From NCBI GenBank assembly GCA_963714425.1, contig CAVQOI010000006.1, forward strand, positions 6,230 through 70,229: a stretch of 64,000 bases of DNA. Direction: 5' to 3'. This document shows, in pieces, positions 10,153 to 19,724 of the stretch. The notes beneath the pieces were generated by a model. That model searched no databases and was not told the origin of the DNA. It was given only the letters and a program-made list of their open reading frames with translations. Each line of letters starts with the position of its first letter. The first letter of the stretch is position 1. Both the position numbers and the translations under genes were made by a program. Source of the DNA: an uncultured Chloroflexia bacterium (GTDB lineage: Bacteria; Chloroflexota; Anaerolineae; Anaerolineales; UBA4823).

Positions 10153-11088
10153 TCAGGCCTCGACCACGGGCTCCAACTCGGCTGGCTTGGGAGCTGTCAG
10201 TCGCATAAAGGTCAACGTCCAGGCCGTCTCAGTATAGCTTCGCAAGATACCGCTCAGCACCAGCAGCACCGGTAGGTAGGCGATGAAGCATACCGCCGCA
10301 AAAATAATCGTTCCCATCGCCTCTTGCCTGCCGATCGCTGCCCCGATGGCAGCCGGGATGACGATCAATGCAACCGGTAGCCCTGCAACCAACCCCCCGA
10401 CCAGGCCAATGGCAGCCAGGATGAGCGCCATGACGATCATCGTACCCAGGTTCTCGCGCACCACCTGCCAGCCACGCTGTAGTGCATCCAATATTTTCAA
10501 GTCCTCGAGCACAATGGCAATGTTAGCTTGCTCAATAATCACGTTGACAAACCAGGCGACTGGTACTAGCACGCATAGGAGCGGAAGCAGGCAGATCAAG
10601 CCAATGCCTAAGGTGGCAATAGTCCCCACCACCGCTATGATTGCTATTGCAATCCCTATGAAGGCGATCGCCAATCCTACCAGCAGGTTGAGCCCGAATA
10701 CTCGCCAGAAGTAGGGTGTGCTTCCGCTGAAGAGCTCACCAAAGGAGAGGCTCTCTGCGCCGCCTTCGGCTTGCTGCGTGCCGCGGATCAAGCCGACGCG
10801 CCCGATTGTGCCCAAGAAGACCGCCAGCACAACCAGCACCAGGATAACCAGTATGGCTACCAGGACGGTCAGAACAATCAGCCAATCTGGGATATTCTGA
10901 AATTGGTTGAAGAAAGATTGGAGCTCGGGAGGAAGATTTCCACTGTCGGTGGTAACCCTCGAATTTGCGCCACCTCCCCCGCCTCCACCGCCTGCGTTGC
11001 TGCAACCCGCAAGGATGCCAAAAATCCAAAGCACCTTGTGTTTCCAGATAATCTCCCAGGCGCGAGTAAGTACATTTCCGAAATCCAT
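10153..11088 (-). CDS. Conserved polytopic membrane protein
   Basis: RBS AGGAGA before MDFGNVLTRAW; about 6 TM helices; Gly-rich loop. Confidence 0.8.
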   Translation of the reverse strand: MDFGNVLTRAWEIIWKHKVLWIFGILAGCSNAGGGGGGGGANSRVTTDSGNLPPELQSFFNQFQNIPDWLIVLTVLVAILVILVLVVLAVFLGTIGRVGLIRGTQQAEGGAESLSFGELFSGSTPYFWRVFGLNLLVGLAIAFIGIAIAIIAVVGTIATLGIGLICLLPLLCVLVPVAWFVNVIIEQANIAIVLEDLKILDALQRGWQVVRENLGTMIVMALILAAIGLVGGLVAGLPVALIVIPAAIGAAIGRQEAMGTIIFAAVCFIAYLPVLLVLSGILRSYTETAWTLTFMRLTAPKPAELEPVVEA

Positions 11089-11316
11089 TTGCATTCTCCT
11101 TGTTATTTGATAACACAGCTGCACTGGGGACGCGCAGCGTTCATTATAGCATACGGGCGTTTGAAGATTAGGTCGCGCGAGTTGGCTGCAGCGATAGTAC
11201 CGCGCTTAACCGTTGTCGGTTCCCCCCACCCCTGCCCGCCCTCCAACGGGCAGAAGTTTGAGGGCGAAAAGGCAAAACCACGGTCTATATGAGGCTACCG
11301 ATTGCAGCAGAAAGCA

Positions 11317-12687
11317 TCAATCTGTGGCTGCCTTGGCGGCGCGGGCAGCCAGCTCCGAGCGCACCTGGGCATGCCGGTCTCGGCTGAGCGGATAACGCAG
11401 TGCAAAGAGGATGCCTGCGCACAGCAATACGGCAGGCACGGGACCCATCAACATCCGGATGGCGGTCACTGCGCTGGGCGTCTGCACGGCGGCATTAGAT
11501 ACATAGCCTGTCCACTCTAACACCAGCAGGATCAGGGGCAGCGAGATGGATGAGGCGACTTTGCGGAAGAGAGTCACAAGGCTGTAGAATACCCCCTCGT
11601 GGCGCTCACCGGTCACCAGCTCGTCCCACTCGATTGCGTCGGGAATCATCGACCATGGCAGGACGTGCACTGCTCCCACGCCTACACCCGCCAAAGCCGC
11701 CAGAGTGAAGACAATCGGCAGCCCCCAGGACGGGCTGATGATGATCAAGATAATCATGACCGAGGAGAGGAAGACCATACCGGCGATATAAGCCAAGCGT
11801 TTGTCCCAGCGCCGCGACGTCCGCTCCCAGAAGGGAAGGGTGACCAGGGCGGCGATGAACACCGTGCCAGCAACCAGGTCGGATTCCGCCTCCAGGTTCA
11901 TGCGATATTTCAGGAAGAACAGCAGCATAGCCTGGATGATCTCGATGGCGGTCCAGGTGAACAGGAAGATGCCTGAAGCAAATACAAACGGGCGGTTGCG
12001 CGCAGCCGCCTTAAGCGAGTCCCGTAATTTGGGCTGGACGCGTTGGGTGTAATCGGTTCGCTCGCGGGTACCCAAAAATGTGAGCAATAGCGGCAAGGCG
12101 CTGGCTAAGCCAAATAGACCTCCCACCAGAGTAACCCGGGACGCATTCTCAGGGCGCATGCTGCCGATAATCATCAGGGGTACGGTGAAGGCGATCAGCC
12201 CGCCCAGGATCGAGAAGGCCATGCGGTAGCTGGTGAGAGATGTGCGCTCGTCGTAATCGGGAGTAAGCTCGGGGGTCAACGCGAAATAGGGCATGTACAC
12301 GAAAGTGGCGCTGGCATCGTAGAACAGGTAGGCTACAGAGTAATAAGCAGCCAGCAAGAAGGGGCTCTGGACAGGAGGTATCCACCACAAAGCAGCGAAA
12401 GCCAGTGCAAATGGCAGGAAGCCAAAGAGCAGGTAAGGACGGCGCCGTCCCCAGCGCGAGCGTGTGCGGTCGGTCAGGTGACCAATGAGCGGGTCGTTGA
12501 TCCAGTCCCAGCTGCGCCCAACGAAGACCGCAATGGCGGCAATGCCTGGTGCCAGCCCGACCACGTCAGTGAGGAAGATGGCAAAGAGCACACCGATGGC
12601 GGTATCTGTAAAGGAAAAACCGAAATCGCCGGCGCCATACAGGAGCTTAGTCAGCCTGGGCAAGCGCTCATTGGGTGCAGTGGTCAT
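11317..12687 (-). CDS. MFS transporter, GPH/MelB (MFS_2) family
   Basis: YGAGD, DPLIGHLTDRTRSRWGRRRPY, LTPDYDERTSL, ERHEGVFY. Confidence 0.93.
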   Translation of the reverse strand: MTTAPNERLPRLTKLLYGAGDFGFSFTDTAIGVLFAIFLTDVVGLAPGIAAIAVFVGRSWDWINDPLIGHLTDRTRSRWGRRRPYLLFGFLPFALAFAALWWIPPVQSPFLLAAYYSVAYLFYDASATFVYMPYFALTPELTPDYDERTSLTSYRMAFSILGGLIAFTVPLMIIGSMRPENASRVTLVGGLFGLASALPLLLTFLGTRERTDYTQRVQPKLRDSLKAAARNRPFVFASGIFLFTWTAIEIIQAMLLFFLKYRMNLEAESDLVAGTVFIAALVTLPFWERTSRRWDKRLAYIAGMVFLSSVMIILIIISPSWGLPIVFTLAALAGVGVGAVHVLPWSMIPDAIEWDELVTGERHEGVFYSLVTLFRKVASSISLPLILLVLEWTGYVSNAAVQTPSAVTAIRMLMGPVPAVLLCAGILFALRYPLSRDRHAQVRSELAARAAKAATD

Positions 12688-12703
12688 AAGGAAGTGACCT
12701 CTT

Positions 12704-13822
12704 TCAAAGCTGGCGCATGTAGCTGCGGTGGCGTTTGTACCAGGTCACACCGATGGCTTCCATATCCGAGAAGCTCGCGACGTTAGCCTCATTCACCTGG
12801 ACGATATCCACGTGCTCAAAACCAAACTCGCGGATGCTGCGAGACAGCTCAGCGTAGAGCACAGTATTAGCGCCCAGCCCCTGGTAGGATGGCAGTAAAC
12901 CAACTCCATTGACATTAACCCAACGCGTGCGTTTTCGTTCCTGTAGCAGGTAGAGCCACCCCAGGGGGAACAAGCGCCCGTGGGCGCGCTGCAAGCCGGC
13001 TGAGATATCCGGGTAAGCGAAGATGAAGCCAATCACCTCATCAGCCTTCATCACCAGCTTAATCAGGCGCGGGTGGGTGATGCCTATGAGCGTGTTAGCG
13101 ATGATTTGCATCTCTTCCTGGCTGGGCGGGTAAAAGGTGTGGGTGTTGGCGAATGCCTGGCGGTGAACAGGTATGAGGCGTGGGATCCATTGGCGCATCT
13201 CGGCTTTGGAGGAAAACGTCTTTACCCACAGGCCCCGGCGTTCTACGACCCGCGCAGCAATGCGCTGCAAGCGTTCTGGCAGGATGTGATCGCCGCGGGC
13301 GTAGCCGGAGAGGTGGTCCGTGTCTTTCTCGAAACCTGCCTGGCAGATGAGGTGGTTGTAATAGGGGAAGTTGTAGGGCACGCCCAGAGCCGGGCGGTGC
13401 TCGAAGCCCTCCACCAGCACCCCACCCCCATCGGTGCCGATCAGTCCGCGCGGCCCAATGATGCGCTCCAGGCCGCGCTGGCGCGCCCACTCGAAGGCAG
13501 CCTCAAAGAGCAGCGAGGCCACCTGCGAGTCATCCACGCTTTCGAAGAAACCGAAGAAGGCGGTGCGCGTCTTCCGGTAATCGTTGGCGCGGCGGTTCTC
13601 AATTGCGGCGATGCGCCCGATAACCTGTCCTTCGCTTTCCACGACGAAGAACCCGGCTTCGGAATGCTGGTAGAAGGGATGCACCTGGGGGTCGAGTGCC
13701 TCCCGGGCTTCAGCGAGCAGCGGTGGGACCCACAGGCGATTCTGCCGGTACAGGCGGAATGGACACTCGACAAAACCCCGCACGTCAGCGCCTTTCAGCA
13801 GATCGATGGGGCGTACGCGCAT
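12704..13822 (-). CDS. Double-GNAT acyltransferase, YghO/bacterial ceramide synthase-like family
   Basis: RBS GGAGGT before MRVRPI; PFRLY...WVPPL...HPFY...GRIAA...FFGFFES; C-terminal GNAT motif YQGLG. Confidence 0.75.
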   Translation of the reverse strand: MRVRPIDLLKGADVRGFVECPFRLYRQNRLWVPPLLAEAREALDPQVHPFYQHSEAGFFVVESEGQVIGRIAAIENRRANDYRKTRTAFFGFFESVDDSQVASLLFEAAFEWARQRGLERIIGPRGLIGTDGGGVLVEGFEHRPALGVPYNFPYYNHLICQAGFEKDTDHLSGYARGDHILPERLQRIAARVVERRGLWVKTFSSKAEMRQWIPRLIPVHRQAFANTHTFYPPSQEEMQIIANTLIGITHPRLIKLVMKADEVIGFIFAYPDISAGLQRAHGRLFPLGWLYLLQERKRTRWVNVNGVGLLPSYQGLGANTVLYAELSRSIREFGFEHVDIVQVNEANVASFSDMEAIGVTWYKRHRSYMRQL

Positions 13823-13914
13823 GCTACCTCCATAATAAAAAGTGGGATTTCCTGGGGAGACACATCCTGGAAATCCCACGTCTATTCGGTGTATGCACCG
13901 GTCAGTCGTATAGC

Positions 13915-14499
13915 CTAACGGTAGAACCTCTGGCACTCGACTTTATCTGTGAACGAGTTCTTGGCGCAGACCTCAAGGTACTCGCCATCCCACAGCGCGC
14001 GAGGCAGTTTCAAGGTGGCGGTAGCATTGCCATTTTTGTCGGTATTGACGCGCGCAAACTTAAACCACTCGTCGTTGGCGCGGTGGTATTTCCTGGCTTT
14101 GATGATGTAGTTGGACTTCTTCTTTACGTCGGTGAGCTTGATGGCAACGAGGTTATCTGTGAAAGTAGCACTAATGCCTTGGCTCGCTGTTGTCGTCGTC
14201 GAAGTTGTGGTAGTCGTGGATGGGGCGACGCCAGGGATGCATAGCTGCTGGCCTACAAAGATCGGGTAGGGCTCCTTGAGGTTGTTGGCAGCCGCCAGCT
14301 CAAGGATGCTGATATCATAAGTGACTGAGACGCTGCTCAGTGTGTCTCCAGATTGCACGGTGTAATATCTGGCGCAGGTGCCCGTCTGGGCCAGGACGGT
14401 TGCCGGGAGGGCAGCCGCCAGAAGCGCCAGCACCAGCAGCAGGCTGATGGCTATCAAGCTGAGCCTGCGGGGGGAGAGAGAAATCGATAGGTCTTTCAT
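13915..14499 (-). CDS. Secreted LysM domain protein
   Basis: Signal peptide, YTVQSGDTLS...LAAANNL...IFVGQQLCIP, Thr linker; RBS AGGAG. Confidence 0.88.
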   Translation of the reverse strand: MKDLSISLSPRRLSLIAISLLLVLALLAAALPATVLAQTGTCARYYTVQSGDTLSSVSVTYDISILELAAANNLKEPYPIFVGQQLCIPGVAPSTTTTTSTTTTASQGISATFTDNLVAIKLTDVKKKSNYIIKARKYHRANDEWFKFARVNTDKNGNATATLKLPRALWDGEYLEVCAKNSFTDKVECQRFYR

Positions 14500-14671
14500 T
14501 TGTGTACTCCTTTTAAACTTGGGGCATTTTACCACAGATAAGGGGCTTTTTTGGGGATTCAGGTTATGCACAAATTAAGCGTTAGCACGTTTGCGCGTTA
14601 GAACGTTAGAGAAATGATCCGAAAATTGGGTGTACGCAGGGGGCGTGAGTAGATACAACCAGGAAATTGTT

Positions 14672-15929
14672 CTAACGTTTCAACGCGAGAGCGTTGAGCA
14701 AAGGCAGGGTCATCAGGTTCGTGACCAGGGCGACGACCACGATGATGGTGAACGTAACCGGGGTGATGATGCGCAGCTGCAAGCCCACCAATCCCACAAC
14801 CAGCACCAACAAGCCGCGCGTATTGAACAGCGCTCCCATCACCAACGCTTCACGCCAGTTTAACCCGGTAGCGGCGGCGGGCAGCGCTGCCAGGAATTTG
14901 CCTCCAATCGCCGCTAATAACACCAGCCCGAACACCGGCAGCGTCTCGTGGGGTGAGCAGCTTGAGGTCAGCCGAGAAGCCTGCCATGGCGAAGAACACC
15001 GGCAGCAATAGGATCATGGCAACGTCGCGCACCCGGGCTGCCACCCCCCGGCGAAAGTCAGTATCGGCAGGTAGCAAGAAGCCCCAGGCGAAGCCCCCCA
15101 CCAGGGCGTTGATGCCGATCAGATGGGCCACCAATCCATACAGCAACATCCCGGCGAAGAGCAGCGCCATGCTGTTCCCCGAGACTATCCCGGCAGCCAC
15201 ATCGCCTTTCAGGGCGCTAGCGAGCCAGGGGCGAACCACCCAGGCGGAGACCGCCACGAACACCAGCGTCCAGACCACTTTGATAGCAAAGTCGTTGAAG
15301 CCGCTGGCGGCAGCCACGGCGGCGGCGAAAGCGATATAGGTGAACATCAGCACCGAGATCAGCCCGGCAGTGGCGACGCTAACCGCTCCGAGGGGCGTGT
15401 TGAGCTCGCCGCGCTCCATCAAGATGTGCGCCATCACCGGAAAGGCAGTCACCGAGAGGGCTGCGCCCAGGAACAGGGCAAATGGCAGCAGCGCCTGCCC
15501 TTGAGCACCGGCGTAGGTTGAGGTATGCATCGCCGCTGCCACCGGGAATCCCAACAGCGCCGGCACCCCCACAGAAAGCAGCGCCAGCAACCCCGCCTGG
15601 CGCATGCGTCCCCGCACCTGGGAGGCATCATATTCAACTCCCGCCAGAAACATGAACAGGATCAAGCCCAGCATGGAGATCAGGTTGAGGATCGGGCGCA
15701 CAGGCATGGGCGTAATCAGCAGGGAGAGCTCATCGCCCAACAGGGTCGGACCCAGCAAGATGCCCGCCAGGATTTCGCCCACCACGCGCGGCTGCCCCAG
15801 GCGTGCCGCCAGGTTGCCCAGCAGGCGCGCCAGGCTCACGATCAGGAACAGGTCGAACATGGCGAAGGCCATCAGCCCCGCCCCTCCCTGCCCTGCCAAA
15901 GATTTCAGTGCTTCCAACCATTCCAACAT
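14672..15929 (-). pseudogene. Cation:proton antiporter (CPA2/Kef type) with a +1 frameshift near 14949; likely intact in vivo
   Basis: QPRVVGEILAGILLGP, ALSVTAFPV, then NTRGL in another frame; removing one base restores LTPETLPVFG. Confidence 0.8.
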
Positions 15930-15958
15930 ATGCGCTTTGTTTCCCGTGAAAAACCTAT

Positions 15959-16046
15959 TTCCGATCAGGAATGCGGCGCACAGCGCCGCATTCCTGATCG
16001 GAATTCTTCTCCCCCTTCCCCCGGGGAAGGGGGAGGGGGGATGGGG
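15959..16046. repeat. Bipartite element: 21-bp perfect hairpin + C/G-rich REP-like unit
   Basis: ttccgatcaggaatgcggcgc-aca-gcgccgcattcctgatcggaa, then cccccttccc..gggaagggggagggggg. Confidence 0.75.
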
Positions 16047-16051
16047 TAAAA

Positions 16052-17524
16052 TCAAAACAAATCGGTCCCCGCCCCCTCCGCCTCGACGCCTGCTGGCTCG
16101 TATGGGCGCGGCACCAACCGCCTAAAATAAATCCACTCCAGCAGCGGGGCAGTCATAAAAGTAGTCACCAGCGCCATCAGCACCAGCATGGTGAACAAAG
16201 TCGGAGAGATCACACCGATATCCAGGCCCACGTTCAGCAGAACCAGCTCCATCAAGCCGCGCGTATTCATTAATACACCCAGGGCGCTGGCTTCACGCCA
16301 GGGCATACCGCTCAGGCGCGCCGCTAGGGCTGAGCCTCCGAACTTGCCCAGGATCGCCACCAGGATGATCAGCAGGCAATACAGCCACATTTGCGCCCCG
16401 CTCACCAGCCCGATGCTGGTGCGCAGCCCGGTGAAGGCGAAGAATAGCGGCAGCAGAAGCACCACGGCGGCGTCGTTCAGCTTATTGGTCAGCGCGTGGA
16501 CGAATGGCGGGTGCTTGGGCATGATGGCCCCGATCAGGAATGCGCCGAATAAGGCATGGATGCCCAGCAGCTCGGTTGCCCAGCTGGATGCCAGCAGCAG
16601 CAGCAAGACCATCGCCATCATGTTTTGGGTCAGCATGCCCCGCTTCTCGTACATGCCTTCCAGCCGCCACAGCCAGCGGCGGGCGACGAACAGCATGATG
16701 ACGATGTAAGCCAATACCCCAATCAGGATCAGCCAGATGGAGTGCGCGGCTTCGCTCGAGCGCACCAGCAGCACCAGGAAAGCCAGGATGCACCAGCCAG
16801 CCACATCATTCACCGCAGCCACGGCAATGCTCACCGAGCCGAGCTGTGTATTGAGCAGCTTGCGCTCGGTGAGGATGCGTGCCAGTACGGGGAAGGCAGT
16901 GATGCTCAGCGCCGTGCCCATGAACAGGGCGAAGGTGGCGAAAGGCACGTTGGCGGTCGAGAGGCGCGGGTACAGGTACAACGCCAGCAGGACGCCTAAT
17001 ATGAAGGGGGCGAAGATGCTGGCGTGACCGGTCGCAATGGCGACGCCGCCGCGGCCGCGCATCATCTTGGGGTCAAGCTCCAGCCCCACCAGGAACATAA
17101 ACAGCAGCAGACCAATCTGGCTGAGCACGTTGATGAAGCCCAGGCTTTCAACCGGGAAGAGGGCGTTATACGCGCCCGGCGCGGCCCAGCCCAGCAGTGA
17201 CGGTCCCAACAGGATGCCCGCCAGCATCTCGCCCATCACCTGGGGCTGGTGGATCTTGCGAAACAGCCAGCCCACCAGGCGGGCGGCAAATAAGATAGCG
17301 CCGATCTGGGCGAAGAGCAGCGGCAGGCGCAGTGCGCCCTCGGGCTGCTGGCTGCCCTGGGCCTCCGCAACTACATTCGTGCCTGCCGGCGCGCGCAGGT
17401 CGCCTCCCAGTTGCAGCAGCCCCCAGATAAGCAAGATAGACGCCGCCGCCATCAATGTGAATTTAAGCACCGTTCTCATAAAAGGATGTTCTCTTTGTTC
17501 GTGCGCGTTGTAGTTTGTTTCCAC
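16052..17524 (-). CDS. Cation:proton antiporter (CPA2/Kef type)
   Basis: QPQVMGEMLAGILLGP, ALSITAFPVLARIL, ND motif, MNTRGLMEL; start at 17524 or 17479. Confidence 0.92.
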   Translation of the reverse strand: METNYNAHEQREHPFMRTVLKFTLMAAASILLIWGLLQLGGDLRAPAGTNVVAEAQGSQQPEGALRLPLLFAQIGAILFAARLVGWLFRKIHQPQVMGEMLAGILLGPSLLGWAAPGAYNALFPVESLGFINVLSQIGLLLFMFLVGLELDPKMMRGRGGVAIATGHASIFAPFILGVLLALYLYPRLSTANVPFATFALFMGTALSITAFPVLARILTERKLLNTQLGSVSIAVAAVNDVAGWCILAFLVLLVRSSEAAHSIWLILIGVLAYIVIMLFVARRWLWRLEGMYEKRGMLTQNMMAMVLLLLLASSWATELLGIHALFGAFLIGAIMPKHPPFVHALTNKLNDAAVVLLLPLFFAFTGLRTSIGLVSGAQMWLYCLLIILVAILGKFGGSALAARLSGMPWREASALGVLMNTRGLMELVLLNVGLDIGVISPTLFTMLVLMALVTTFMTAPLLEWIYFRRLVPRPYEPAGVEAEGAGTDLF

Positions 17525-17837
17525 CCAAAGGTCAGAGCTTGTTTAGAATTCGGCTGATTATACTGGATAAAAATGATCCGAACAATAGGAAGAAAGACAT
17601 GCTGCACGGCTTTCTCAAATCCGCGTCCGGTATTCCCCTCACCCCTGCCCCTGTCCGCCGGCTGAGCCACTTGCGGGTATCCGACCCGCCTACGAGGTCT
17701 GTTCACCCGGGCATGACAAAGAGCACTTGAATCGCTCGGCATTTTTTGCTAAGATAGGTCATGGTCATTTTTGGGGAGGGCTCCTGGGTCCGTGAAGTTC
17801 ACTACTTGTTTTACAACGCCGACCTGACCGAAGGAAC

Positions 17838-18170
17838 TGTTGTATGGTGCGGTTTTACCGCACCATTTTTTTCTCCAAATATAATATCAAGATATGCCTG
17901 AATATCGTCGATTATTTATCGTGGGCGGCACATACTTTTTCACTGTGGTTTCCTACCACCGCCTGCCCATATTGACATCTTCTCAAGCCAGATCATTGTT
18001 ACGCGCTGCTTGGGAGAATGTCCGCCAACGATTCTCTTTCAGCATTGATTTCGTTTGCCTGCTGCCTGACCAAACCCTGCGCTTGGGGAGGATATGGGCA
18101 GGATGGGCTGTAGGGAGTGAAGGTTGGTGTGGTCGCAGACCACACCCTACGACTACTACGCAGAGGATGG
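17838..18170 (+). mobile_element. Internally deleted REP-associated tyrosine transposase (RAYT) remnant with flanking REP hairpins
   Basis: MPEYRR...GGTYFFTVV...CLLPD homology ends just before the HUH motif; upstream gta-tggtgcggt-ttt-accgcacca hairpin; downstream ggtgtggtc-gca-gaccacacc-ctac. Confidence 0.8.
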
Positions 18171-18285
18171 GCTTTACCACCAGGTTACGAGAATGGTGAT
18201 TGGGAAAAGATCAAGAAACTTCAATCGCCCCCACCCCGGGCTGAATGATCGATAGCTGATATTGAAATTCTGAGGTGATGAACCC

Positions 18286-19032
18286 ATGTCCAAGCGAGTC
18301 AGAAAGTGGCTTATCTGTCCCATCTTAGTGTCGCTAATCGCGAGCCTAACCTTTTCCTGCGGAATATTGGATCCGGAGACTATGGTCTACAGTAAGAACG
18401 AATACTTCTCCATAGATCCAGGTACAATCCTGGCGGCTCTTGACCAGGGGAAAACGGATGTCTTTACTCCGCAGGATAAGACCCCTTTCGAAGCGAGCCC
18501 AACGCTAGGTACTCCTGTTCATTGGAGTACGAGCGACTATTTTCGAATAGCAGCGGCTTTGCATGAATTGCTATGGGGTGAATCTTTAGAAACCTGGCAG
18601 CTAGATAGAATGAGCTATGGTATGGATTGCGCATATCTCCATAATGGGCCGCAGGATGCAAATATAGAATTTTTCAAAGAAGCCAGAATGAACGATCGGG
18701 AATCGCGTTTTGTGAGTGAGTTAATCATTGAACCCCGGAGAAATTCGGTCGTTGGGCACATAACAAAATATTCTCCTCAACGAGTGCGCTGGCAGGTAAT
18801 TGACCAGACTGAATTTAAGATTTCATTCGAAGACGCGTTGCAAATTGCTGAACTGAATGGGGGGGCAGAAGCTCGATTGGCTGTTGAAAATGCGTGTGAG
18901 ATAAGTATAATACTAAACCCAGATGAGTTTTACTATCAAGGTTGGCAAGTAGAGTACTTTAATACTGCTGGGGATACGTTGGTTCTCAACTGCATTGATC
19001 CGCTAACCGGAGAACTGAAGGGCGGAAATTAG
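18286..19032 (+). CDS. Hypothetical lipoprotein with PepSY-like C-terminus
   Basis: Lipobox TFSC; ISFEDALQIA...WQVEY...IDPLTGE; RBS GAGGT; visibly AT-richer than flanks. Confidence 0.7.
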   Translation: MSKRVRKWLICPILVSLIASLTFSCGILDPETMVYSKNEYFSIDPGTILAALDQGKTDVFTPQDKTPFEASPTLGTPVHWSTSDYFRIAAALHELLWGESLETWQLDRMSYGMDCAYLHNGPQDANIEFFKEARMNDRESRFVSELIIEPRRNSVVGHITKYSPQRVRWQVIDQTEFKISFEDALQIAELNGGAEARLAVENACEISIILNPDEFYYQGWQVEYFNTAGDTLVLNCIDPLTGELKGGN

Positions 19033-19051
19033 CTTATCTGAAGCAGGGATA

Positions 19052-19330
19052 GTTGTAGGGTGCGGTTTTATCGCACTATTTTTTCATTCTCCTATATCAT
19101 TTCAAGATATGCCTGAATACCGTCGATTTTTATCGAGGGCAGCACATACTTTTTCACTATGGTTTCTTACTGCATCTGGGCATTGCCGGAAGGGCGAAGC
19201 TGCCATCTGGCAGCGACGATTTTGGGAGCACACCATCCGGGATGAGGCTGATCTGAACCGGCATCGAGATACCATCCATTACAATCCTGTGAAGCACAGA
19301 TTGGTACACAGGGTGGTTGAATGGCCATTA
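19052..19330 (+). mobile_element. Second RAYT remnant (frameshifted, doubly deleted)
   Basis: Near-duplicate of 17838-17956 with GTAG REP, then CIWALPE and IWQRRFWEHTIRDEADL...IHYNPVKH. Confidence 0.8.
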
Positions 19331-19668
19331 CAACATTCAACTTTCAACCATCAACCTACAACTGAGAAAAAAAGGGATATTTTGGGGATATCGCCTGGAA
19401 CCCCTTGCAAACCTAGAAAATATGTGCTATATATACATCATCTTCGGGGTGTCGCTCTCTGCGTAGATCCCTCCAGGCGCCGCACCCTACCAACCCACCC
19501 GGCTTCTCACCTTCGTACCAGCCGCAAAAAGAGGAATTGTTTCGAATTGAATTTTTTTCTGGAACAATTCGCGTTATTCGTTCATTAGCGGCATTCGCGT
19601 TGAGATCTCAGCGCTCTCTGCGCACTCAGCTTTTTTTCTTTTTGGAATTCGCCTTCCCGCCCCCTCCG

Positions 19669-19703
19669 CTCACCATTCACTCTTCACTATTCACTTTTCA
19701 CTG
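19669..19703. repeat. Heptamer tandem repeat (ttcacNN)
   Basis: (t/c)tcac recurs every 7 nt, 5 copies; similar tracts at 19331-19363, 20803-20845, 22105-22131, 61990-62010, 14578-14610. Confidence 0.7.
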
Positions 19704-19724
19704 TTCTCCGCTCCCCGCTCCCCC

